IMG/VR virus record: IMGVR_UViG_3300034111_000335
Location: 1-64,000 of that record
Source: a virus
DNA: 64,000 nt
Direction: 5' to 3' (one strand)
The position numbers and the translations under genes were made by a program. Below are positions 8,821 through 17,700 of this stretch, piece after piece. The notes under the pieces are model-generated. The model had not been told where the DNA came from. It searched no databases and worked only from the letters and a program-made list of their open reading frames with translations. Every line of letters starts with the position of its first letter. The first letter of the stretch is position 1.

Positions 8821-8991
8821 TTACACCCCATATAGAGAATTATGAATCTTATATAGAACACCATTATCTTCAAAGACCATCCAATACTGATAATTAACAT
8901 CAAGTCTTGTTTGTCCTTTAAATTCAGGATTCTTTAAGTTCATGTAATCAGACGAACTGATTTCCTTTGCAATGTTTAATAGATTTTCCAT
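8821..8991 (-). CDS. 56-aa hypothetical protein (start reassigned to MENLLN)
   Basis: A-rich leader before the ATG at 8991; the longer 9069 start overlaps a structured RNA. Confidence 0.65.
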   Translation of the reverse strand: MENLLNIAKEISSSDYMNLKNPEFKGQTRLDVNYQYWMVFEDNGVLYKIHNSLYGV

Positions 8992-9042
8992 ATGTATATT
9001 GTTTGTTTTAATTTCAAAATAAAAAAGCAGTTTAAACACTTG

Positions 9043-9243
9043 CTTAGGTATAGTACGTCTTAGTACCATCAGAGAGTTGTTTTTCCTTTACGTACCATGG
9101 CTCACAAGCGGTACAACCTTTCCAGGTAATTCTAAAGTTGGGTTTCATAAGACAATCTTAATTTATTACACGCAAGTCACTAGCGTGGAATCAAGAACCT
9201 TCTAGTAAGGATTACCAACAAATCAGTGTCAGTTTTACCTAAG
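9043..9243 (-). ncRNA. candidate ~200-nt multi-branch structured RNA
   Basis: Closing stem cttaggta/tacctaag; nested stems gttg/caac, ggtaat/attacc, gtacc/ggtac, cacgc/gcgtg, cctt/aagg. Confidence 0.45.
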
Positions 9244-9463
9244 TTAGATAACTAGAATCTTTTAGAATAGATAATAAAGTAATTCAATTGTAATACAAGG
9301 CTTGTTGATTTATCTTGTATTTCGACACATTCATTTCCCCATAGTGTCTGATGAGGTAATGGAGAATTATTACTTGCTGTTAAGCATTGTCCATTTTTTT
9401 TATCTAGCACCCTTATCTAGTCTTTGCATTAGCTACTGCAAATAAAGATTGGGTTACAATTGT

Positions 9464-9627
9464 TTACTCCACTCTGCATTCAATTGTAATAATAGACCTT
9501 AAAGTTATATACTCAAAAGAGCCTTAAAACTATGTATCCATACAACAAATACCTGATCCAGTCATATTTGTTGCTTATTATTACAATTGCCGGTCCTTGT
9601 GAAACCGGTTATGATGCATTAAAGCAA
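9464..9627 (-). ncRNA. twister-like self-cleaving ribozyme (type P1) with large P5 insert, copy 2
   Basis: P1 UUGCUU/GAGUAA; UAA; P2 UGCA/UGCA; P4 CCGGU-UUCACAAGG-ACCGG; pseudoknot CAC/GUG covaries with copy 1; 14-bp P5. Confidence 0.78.
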
Positions 9628-9659
9628 CCAAGCAAAAACTTCGCTTAGCATTAGATAAC

Positions 9660-9940
9660 GGCTCTGCTATAAGAGACGAATAAGAATAACCTATAAGACC
9701 TTATAAGAGATTATATAAGAGGTTATAAGTTAGTAAGGTTAATAGGAATTTTACTTATTGGTCATATCACAACCTAAAAGATATTAAAATCCACTATTTT
9801 GGACAGTGAGAAAGAAGATAGAGAGGGAAGAATCCCCTTTTTCTACCACTTTCTACCACTGAATTGTCATAAAAAAGTTAAACAAAATGACAATTGTCTT
9901 GGATTTTCCCGGGTTTAGACTTTCAAAAGTTAAACAAAAC
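9660..9940. repeat. AT-rich non-coding region with direct and inverted repeats (possible origin)
   Basis: Repeated tataag; ttctaccact twice (9841-9860); aattgtcat/atgacaatt inverted repeat; aaaagttaaacaaaa at 9873 and 9925. Confidence 0.4.
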
Positions 9941-10033
9941 CTATTTTACCTGTTAATTGAGAAAAATACACAGTAAAATGAGAAAGATAAACCCTTGGAA
10001 TAATCTTTGAAACCCCCAAAGGGGGAAGTGTGG

Positions 10034-10357
10034 TTAGTCCCACACTTCCGCATCCGCCATTTTAATGCGGATTTGAGGAGTACAACAAACAAGTGCCTTA
10101 TGCCCTGTTTCCTTGAAGGTTACCTCAAGCACCACAGAGTTGCCAGCAACCTGTGTAAATGGTGTGTCTTCCCACTTACTTGATAAATTCTTACTCAACC
10201 AAACAAACACTTGTTGCTCTTTGCCTTCGGCATCTTTCTCACCTGTGATGATGTTGAAGCCGAGTGCTTTTGTAGCACCTTTTGAACGGAAGATTGGTGT
10301 CATTTCCAAGGCAATCTCATTGATTGTCTTACTGTCGAAGTCCTGATTTGTTTTCAT
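10034..10357 (-). CDS. hypothetical protein, first gene of the leftward arm
   Basis: 107 aa ORF with ACAGATATG start context. Confidence 0.75.
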   Translation of the reverse strand: MKTNQDFDSKTINEIALEMTPIFRSKGATKALGFNIITGEKDAEGKEQQVFVWLSKNLSSKWEDTPFTQVAGNSVVLEVTFKETGHKALVCCTPQIRIKMADAEVWD

Positions 10358-10469
10358 ATCTGTCTATTAGCGTTTTATAGGGGGTACCCCTAGCGCCAAT
10401 TTTGGGATGGGGTATGTTAAATTGGTGTCCCCCACCCTCTCATGGATATAAAATGGAGGGGTTGAAAAT

Positions 10470-10499
10470 TTTGAAAAAAATTTTTTTAGTTTACCTTTG
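10470..10499 (+). promoter_or_regulatory. Bacteroidota-type promoter
   Basis: TTTG ... TACCTTTG ending 5 nt before the ATG at 10505. Confidence 0.6.
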
Positions 10500-10504
10500 A
10501 ACCC

Positions 10505-11089
10505 ATGCGAAAATTAAAAAATTTTATTTTTATCTTATCTTTCTTTCTTTCCCTACAAGGGTTCTCTCAGAGAGACTCTGTTTATGTTAAGACCTCTATC
10601 TATTCTTGTGTGTATTCAGAGGTTTTACAACAGCCTAAGCGAGTTTGGTACACTGTTCAATGTCCCTTAGGTTCTTATCCTAGAAAAGGAATGGACTTCT
10701 ACACTAACGATAGTGTAAGAACGAGTGACGGAAAAGATTACGAGGCTAATGTATGGGATAAGGGACATTGTGCTCCAGCAGCTGACTTTAACTGTGATAA
10801 AGATAGACTATGGGCTACCTTCTCTTACCTTAATTGCGTCTTACAGCACGAAAGGTTAAACAGAGGTGCTTGGAGATTCTTAGAAGTAAGAGAAAGAGAG
10901 TTAGCTAAGTCTCAAGTTGTCGAGGTAGAGATTAAAATGATTTACTCTAAGAGCAGTTTAAAATTGCCAACAGGAGCTACAGTCCCTGATGGATTCTTAA
11001 AAACTATTAAATACGGCAAGGTGAAGGAAGTTTATTATTTCAAGAACGAAGATCCAGGTACCACCGATTACTTAAGGTTTAGGAAGTAA
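10505..11089 (+). CDS. secreted DNA/RNA non-specific endonuclease (NucA/EndA family)
   Basis: Signal peptide; WDKGH, TFSYLN..LQ...LN..AW..LE motifs, ATVP. Confidence 0.9.
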   Translation: MRKLKNFIFILSFFLSLQGFSQRDSVYVKTSIYSCVYSEVLQQPKRVWYTVQCPLGSYPRKGMDFYTNDSVRTSDGKDYEANVWDKGHCAPAADFNCDKDRLWATFSYLNCVLQHERLNRGAWRFLEVRERELAKSQVVEVEIKMIYSKSSLKLPTGATVPDGFLKTIKYGKVKEVYYFKNEDPGTTDYLRFRK

Positions 11090-11275
11090 ACGACCAAAGG
11101 TTATATTACTTCGAACTGTTAAGTCTTTATGAGTAAACTGCCACATCTCTCCACTGTCTAGGATGACTGTATATATGGTATCGGTTTCATAACCGTAGTC
11201 TGTTACTAGCCATATTATTCCTTTTCCTTTAGGGGTATTTACTTCTAAGCGATTTGTAGGTTCAAAGATTATCAT
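11072..11275 (-). CDS. small hypothetical protein
   Basis: 67 aa ORF coupled to the upstream transferase gene. Confidence 0.7.
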   Translation of the reverse strand: MIIFEPTNRLEVNTPKGKGIIWLVTDYGYETDTIYTVILDSGEMWQFTHKDLTVRSNITFGRLLPKP

Positions 11276-11943
11276 AGTTGGGTGTCTCTTTTACATAAGT
11301 TTAAGTAAAGTGTTTTGTCTTCAGACCACTCCTTTCCTGTCCACCATTCAAAGCCTTTAAAGTCTGCCTTGTAAGCTGAAGCTAATTCGTAGCCTCCTAA
11401 AAGGTAGACATGATTACATCTAAAGAACTGGGCTATTCTACACTCGAATAACTGAGACACATTACCTAAGGATAGTTTTGGATTTTCATAATCCCACAGA
11501 AACTGGTAAGAGACTAAAGTCCTTCCAGTAGTGTCTTTGTATAGTTTAAAAATATTAGCTCCTACTAGCTTTTCTTCGTAGTAGTAAAGCAGACATTCAA
11601 ATCCTTTAAAATCTTCTAGGTTTATATCTCTTTTAAAATTGTGTTTGTCTGTGTACTTTCTATAAATAGGCTCTAGAAGAGTTAAAACTTCTTCTGATAC
11701 AAAGTGCAGAGAGTATTGTATTTGTTTGCTTAGTTTTTTTACAGTTTTAGTAGGCTCATAGTCTTTTACTCTAAGTCGAACAGACCTTAGATTATACCAG
11801 TAGTCTTGCCACTCTACCCATCCTTCACTTAGGTAGGTTAGATAAGTAGTATCTAAGGCTATTCCTTTGGGGTCAGAGAAGATAAAGTCTTCTTTTGTGA
11901 CCTTACCGTACCCTGTTATATGATCAAAGATAACCTGTATCAT
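11272..11943 (-). CDS. aminoacyl-tRNA-protein transferase-like protein (ATE/Bpt family)
   Basis: L..GW, SVRL....Y.P, Y.KY...H, KLVG, KLSLG....L.E, VYLLGGY...SAYK..F...E motifs. Confidence 0.78.
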   Translation of the reverse strand: MIQVIFDHITGYGKVTKEDFIFSDPKGIALDTTYLTYLSEGWVEWQDYWYNLRSVRLRVKDYEPTKTVKKLSKQIQYSLHFVSEEVLTLLEPIYRKYTDKHNFKRDINLEDFKGFECLLYYYEEKLVGANIFKLYKDTTGRTLVSYQFLWDYENPKLSLGNVSQLFECRIAQFFRCNHVYLLGGYELASAYKADFKGFEWWTGKEWSEDKTLYLNLCKRDTQL

Positions 11944-11980
11944 AACTTTATCATAGCTCTATTATAGCTGTATTATAAAT

Positions 11981-11988
11981 CAAAGATA
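11981..11988 (-). promoter_or_regulatory. -7 promoter element for the transferase operon
   Basis: TATCTTTG on the minus strand. Confidence 0.5.
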
Positions 11989-12026
11989 GTTAATTAAACA
12001 AAAACCACTCTTCTACTTAAGTTTTC

Positions 12027-12056
12027 TTGACTTATTTTTTTAAAGAGCTATTTTTG
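12027..12056 (+). promoter_or_regulatory. Bacteroidota-type promoter
   Basis: TTGACT ... TATTTTTG; the upstream part is repeated at 29460. Confidence 0.55.
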
Positions 12057-12219
12057 TTTTTAGGGGGAGATCTGTGTTTTTCTTGGAGTTACGATTGTTT
12101 TGTGACTAGTTTCTTTAGCCATGTTTTTGGAGGGTTACTAGGTAGGGATTCAGATCTTTCTCCTTTCATGTATTCCCCTACCTAGAACCCTTTTTTAGTT
12201 TATAAACTTCTAAATTTAT

Positions 12220-12594
12220 ATGCGTAACAACTTCTTTCAGACACCTGGCTACGCTACAGACTTAGTAAATGTAATTATTAAGGGGTTTTCGGAGAAGACT
12301 TATGTTTGTCCTCATGACTGGCAACAGTTATACGCTTTCAAAGAAAGAGTAGGAATAAAGATAAGAAGAGAAGGACATAAATGGTTTGTCTTACTTAGAG
12401 GAGGAGACAACTACGGTGGAGAATTCGAGACTCAGGTTATAGAAGATAACTCAGTTACTTGTTCTAAGCCTAGGTTTGAGGGTCCCTACCAGAAGTTAGG
12501 TTTTCTTAGGTACGAAGGTCAATCCGCTAAGGGTACTTTTCTAGAAGATGGTTATATTTTAAACGAAGAAGGTCAATATATAGTGTACGAATAA
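12220..12594 (+). CDS. hypothetical protein (first gene of the tail-fibre region)
   Basis: 124 aa ORF. Confidence 0.7.
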   Translation: MRNNFFQTPGYATDLVNVIIKGFSEKTYVCPHDWQQLYAFKERVGIKIRREGHKWFVLLRGGDNYGGEFETQVIEDNSVTCSKPRFEGPYQKLGFLRYEGQSAKGTFLEDGYILNEEGQYIVYE

Positions 12595-12595
12595 C

Positions 12596-13204
12596 ATGAA
12601 TTACAAAGTTTCCCAACTACAACCACTAACAGGTCCTGAAATTGCAGGAGAAGATCTTCTGTTGTTAATTGACGTCAATCCCACTACAGGAAACGTAAGA
12701 TCTCGTAAAGTTAGAGTAGAAGACTTAGTAGACTTTCGTTTACTTAACTCTGGTTTAAGTAATTTTGTTCTATTATCAGGGTCTTATGCCAATCCTTCCT
12801 TTATTACTTCGTTAGACTGGAACAAAATCATCAATACTCCAGACACTTTAGCTGAATACGGCATTACAGACGCCTATACCAAGACACAAGTGGACAATTT
12901 ATTGGACACTGTAGAAGGAAATCAGATTGCTTCTATGTCTATTACAGGAGCAGAGACCAAAAGTTTAAACTTACACCAAGTAGATGGAGGCGTAGTAAGC
13001 GTTTCTTACGTAGATACTTACACTCACACTCAAAGTTCTCCTATTAGTACCTGGACTATCACTCATAACATGAACAAATACCCAAGTGTTACAATTGTAG
13101 ATTCAGCAGGAACTACCGTAGATGGCTCTGTAGATTACATTAGTTTAAATGCAGTAACTATTAATTTCTGTGGAGCGTTCAGTGGTAAAGCTTACTTTAA
13201 CTAA
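12596..13204 (+). CDS. putative tail or fibre-associated structural protein
   Basis: N-terminal KVSQL motif, PDTLAEYGITDAYTKTQVD fibre repeat, C-terminal WTITHNMNKYPSV beta domain. Confidence 0.7.
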   Translation: MNYKVSQLQPLTGPEIAGEDLLLLIDVNPTTGNVRSRKVRVEDLVDFRLLNSGLSNFVLLSGSYANPSFITSLDWNKIINTPDTLAEYGITDAYTKTQVDNLLDTVEGNQIASMSITGAETKSLNLHQVDGGVVSVSYVDTYTHTQSSPISTWTITHNMNKYPSVTIVDSAGTTVDGSVDYISLNAVTINFCGAFSGKAYFN

Positions 13205-13233
13205 AACAAAACAAAAAATAAAAATATAAAATC

Positions 13234-14667
13234 ATGTCAAAAAAATTCTTATCTGGCATAGACCTCAATAAATGCGAACTGCAGAATGCGGTCATCCAGA
13301 ACTTAGGTACAGCACCAGGAACTCCTGCCGCAGGTCAAGTCTACTTCAACTCCTCTACTGGAGACAAGTCAATCTACTTCTATGATGGTACTGCCTGGGT
13401 AGACGTAGGAGGTGATTTAAGGTCAATTGTAGCTGGTAACGCTATATCTGTTAGCGGAACCAGAGATATTACCGTAAACGTTCTGTATGACGATGCTTCT
13501 ATTGGTTTAAATGTATCTAACCAACTTTACATTAAGGCAGGCGGTGTTACTAACGCAATGTTGGTTAACTCCTCTCTTTCTGTAGTTGCTGGAGCAGGTC
13601 TTACTGATGGAGGTTCTGTTGCTCTTGGAGCTTCTGTAACTCTTAACATTGGAGCAGGTACAGGTATTACTGTAAACGCCAATGACGTAGCTCTTGACAC
13701 CACTTCTACTCGTAACACTGATCACTCTGCAGTTATCTTGACAGCAGGTGCAGGTTTAACTGGCGGAGGAGATATTACAGCTTCTCGTACATTTACAGTA
13801 GGTGCAGGAACTGGTATCACAGTTAACGCTGATGATATTGCTATCACAGGTGCTGGATCATTGACTACCAACTACTTAACTAAGTGGAACGGTACAGGAT
13901 TCTCTAACTCAACTATTACAGATGACGGAACTACCGTAACTATTGGTGGTAACTTAACTGTAAACGGTAGCATTACTTACGTTAACTCTAACACAGTTGA
14001 AATCGGTGATAACATTCTTCTTCTTAACAGAGATGAAGTTAGTGCTCCTTCTCAGAACGCAGGTATTGAAGTAGAAAGAGGAACAAGTACTAACGTTTCT
14101 TTCATCTGGAATGAGACTAGTGACTACTGGTCTACTGTAACTGAGCCTTTACACGTAGGTTCTATTGCTGACGCTGGTGCTGCTTACACAGGAAACAAAT
14201 ACTTGGTAAGTGACTCAGGTGTAATCAAGTACTTAACTTCTGCTGATTTAGCAGGTGACGTTATTACAGGAATCACAATCAGTGGATCTAACGGTGTTGC
14301 AGTTGCTGGTTCAGGAACAACTTCTATCACTGTAAGTGGTGTAAACGCTACTACAAGTGCTGCAGGTGTTGTAGAATTGGCTACTAGTGCTGAAGTAAAT
14401 GCTTTAAGTAGCTCTACAGTAGCAGTAACTCCTTCTGGATTAGCTGCTTTGCGTTATGCTGTAACAGGTCCAGCAGCTCCAGCAACTAGTATGATAGTAA
14501 CTCACGCTTTAGCTTCTAACGATATCATAGTTCAAGTTTATGAACTAGCTACTGGTGAGAACGTAGAGTGTGATGTAGTACGTACAACCAACAACGTAGT
14601 TACTTTAGGATTCTGTTCTCCTGTTGCTACAAATGCTCTTAGAGTATTGGTGATTAAAATTGCTTAA
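13234..14667 (+). CDS. tail fibre or structural protein with AGxGL/GI repeats
   Basis: Gly/Thr-rich repeats, AGIEVERG, GVVELAT; C-terminal THAL beta domain. Confidence 0.75.
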   Translation: MSKKFLSGIDLNKCELQNAVIQNLGTAPGTPAAGQVYFNSSTGDKSIYFYDGTAWVDVGGDLRSIVAGNAISVSGTRDITVNVLYDDASIGLNVSNQLYIKAGGVTNAMLVNSSLSVVAGAGLTDGGSVALGASVTLNIGAGTGITVNANDVALDTTSTRNTDHSAVILTAGAGLTGGGDITASRTFTVGAGTGITVNADDIAITGAGSLTTNYLTKWNGTGFSNSTITDDGTTVTIGGNLTVNGSITYVNSNTVEIGDNILLLNRDEVSAPSQNAGIEVERGTSTNVSFIWNETSDYWSTVTEPLHVGSIADAGAAYTGNKYLVSDSGVIKYLTSADLAGDVITGITISGSNGVAVAGSGTTSITVSGVNATTSAAGVVELATSAEVNALSSSTVAVTPSGLAALRYAVTGPAAPATSMIVTHALASNDIIVQVYELATGENVECDVVRTTNNVVTLGFCSPVATNALRVLVIKIA

Positions 14668-14688
14668 TTTAATTAATACCTTATCTTT

Positions 14689-14717
14689 GCTAGGGGCCTA
14701 AAAACCCCTAGCTTTTT
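14689..14717 (+). terminator. intrinsic terminator
   Basis: gctagggg/cccctagc stem followed by a T-run. Confidence 0.65.
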
Positions 14718-14727
14718 ATACAAAAAC

Positions 14728-17700
14728 ATGAAGTATCTAAGCATACAAACCTTTCAGTGTGGAATATCCGTATCAGGAGCAGCAACCTTTACAGGGGGTG
14801 CTACAATAAACGTACTAGCTCTTAACGGAGCTACAACTTCTTCAGAGGCTAGTTTATTCTTAGGTGCTCATGGTGCTAATGAGGGAGGTCAATTAGTATT
14901 ACAGAAAGGAACAGGTCAAACTTATGCAGCTCACCTAGATAACTATAACGATCAGTTCCGAATTCTTTATGGAACTAATACAGGTTCTACAGGTATAGCA
15001 TTAGCTGTAAGTCTTTCTAATCGTCAGTTAATTCTTCCTGCTTATACTAGTTCAAGTTCTTTTAGCGGAACTGCTGCTGGATATTTGGCTTTTGATTCTT
15101 CAGGTAATATTATTACAACTGCTGTTCCTACTTCAGGAGTAAGTTCTATTATAGCAGGAACAGGCGTAACAGTAAGCTCAGGTACAGGAAACGTAACAGT
15201 TTCTATTGGACAATCAGTAGCTACTTCTGCAACACCTTCTTTTGATCAGATTTTCCTTACTAATAACGGAAACGGAACAAATGTTAAGATAGGTGATGAT
15301 GCTTGGATAGGTGATGTAAATGCTGCCAACACTCTTAGGATAATGGGTCAGCAAAATAATGCTGATGGTTATATTGTTTTTGGTAATAGCGACTTTACAG
15401 CATTAGGAAGAAGCGGAACAGGTAACTTAACTTACGGTGGAAGCACTGTATGGACAGCTGCTACCCTTACCAATCTTAACCAATTAACTAACGGCCCAGG
15501 TTATATAACTTCCGCAGCACTTGCAGGCTATGTTCCTACATCTCGTACGTTAACTATTAACGGTACAAGTTATGATTTAAGTGCAGATAGAACTTGGACA
15601 ATTAACACTGTTGCTTATACTTCTAGATTACAACACCAAGTTAAAGCTGGTGTAGCAATTAATAAGGGTCAAGCAGTTTATGTAACAAGTGCAGATGGAA
15701 CCAATATGATTGTTGGTCTGGCTTCAAACGCTTCTGAAGCCACATCTTCTAAGACTATGGGTCTTTTGGATGCCACAGTCTCTACAAATGGTTTTGCCAA
15801 TGTAGTTACAGAAGGTCTTTTAGCAGGATTAGATACCTCAGCCGCAGGTACAGAGGGTGATCCTGTATGGTTGGGTACCGGGGGTAATTTGATTTATGGT
15901 TTAACCAATAAACCTTACGCTCCTGCCCACTTAGTTTTTATAGGTATCGTAACCCGTAAGAACGCTAATAATGGAGAAATCTTTGTAAAGGTTCAGAATG
16001 GTTTTGAACTTAATGAGATTCATGACGTAGATTTAAAAACAACTGCCCCTATAAACGGGCATTTACTAGGTTATAATGGAACCCTTTGGGTAAATAAAAC
16101 AATTGCAGGTTGGCTAGGATACACTCCTGCTAACGCAAGCGGTACTACTAACTATCTTTCTAAGTTTACAGGATCTACTACTTTAGGTAACTCTCAGATC
16201 TTTGATAATGGAACTAATGTGGCAATTGGCACGTCATCGCCATTTGTAAAACTTGATGTTAGAGGAGAAGCCATTCTTCTTTATAGGGCTGCAACAAATG
16301 CTTATGCTATATATTCAGCTGCAAATAATTCGTATTCTTGGCAGTTTGGTGTGAACAATGGATCTGACTATGTTATTTGGGGTGGAGGATTTACAGGGCT
16401 AGGTACAGAAAGATTCCGAATAGCATCTACTGGAGAAGCTACATTCTCAAGTAGTGTAACGGCAGGGGGAGCAATTTCTACGTCAGGTACAGGGTTAAAT
16501 GCAAGCGTTAGAATAAACAACACAACTGCAAGTACTGGAGTTGATTGGCATTTATATTCCCTTAACAATGGAAACTTTGGATTATATAATAATACAGGTG
16601 GTGCTTATGCTTTTCAGGTAACTTCTGCAGGTAACGTAGGTATCGGTACAACTAGTCCTGTATCTTCGCTTAGTGTAGTTGGTAAAACAAATTTGGGAGG
16701 GCAAGCGTCAGGATTTTATGTTACTCCTTCTACACTTCACATTGCCAGTTCAACTGTTTCTCAGATATCTTTTGAAGATTATATAGTTACAGCAGCTATA
16801 GCTTTGGCTAATAATACATTTGCATTTGGTCATCAAAACGCATCTCCATCGTACGAATTTAAGCATAGTAATACATACAATGGAAACTACGCAACTACAG
16901 GTACTACTTTTGCAAGATTTAACCCAACGACAAGTTATATAAGTTCGGGCAATATTGGTATAGGTACTACAAGTCCAACAGGCAAGCTAGATATTGTACC
17001 AAGTGCTCAGAATGCTATTAACATTTCTCGTGCAGGAGGCTATGCTTCTTTTTATAGTAGTAATGATTTAGTTTTTGAAACAGATAGTGTCTTCTACTTT
17101 GGTGTATATACTCCAAGATTATTTTCTGTAAACGGTAGTTTTTATACTACAGTAGCAGGTAGTGTTGGAATAGGAACTTCTAGTCCTTCCCAGAAGTTAC
17201 ATGTAGTAGGTGCTTCTATACTTGCTAATAACTCTTCTATAAACCCAGACACTTATGTAAATACAGTTATTGCTGGTGCTATAGGAACTGTTGGCGGATG
17301 GGGATTAAGTTCAGCAATTGGAGGAAATGCAGGTACTGGACATAGTTGGGCTATTGGAACTAATGGTGATAATCTATATATGGGTTATTCCAATGGTAGT
17401 TCTAGTAACTCAATGTTGACATTTTTGCAAGTAGATGATAGTACTCGTAATGTATTTTTAGTACCGCAATCAGGAAACGTTGGAATAGGTAATGCTTCTC
17501 CTAGTTATAAATTAGATGTAAGTGGTGCATTAAGAGCAACTGGAACAGTATACAGTGACAATGGATCTTTAGCTGGTGCATTAAATCTTGGTCAGGTAGT
17601 TAGTATTGGTTCTTCTTTTGGTAGTTACGCAAATCTTATATTCACCATGCACAATGGTGGAGGATTTAGTGACATAATGAAGTTGCAGGGTAATGGAAAT

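Noticed and set aside
9285-9375. Hammerhead-like arrangement: ctgatgag on the plus strand; stem-GAAA-stem on the minus strand
   Set aside because: Neither strand has a complete core: plus has GUAA in place of GAAA, and minus has CUCAUCA in place of CUGAUGA with no stem I
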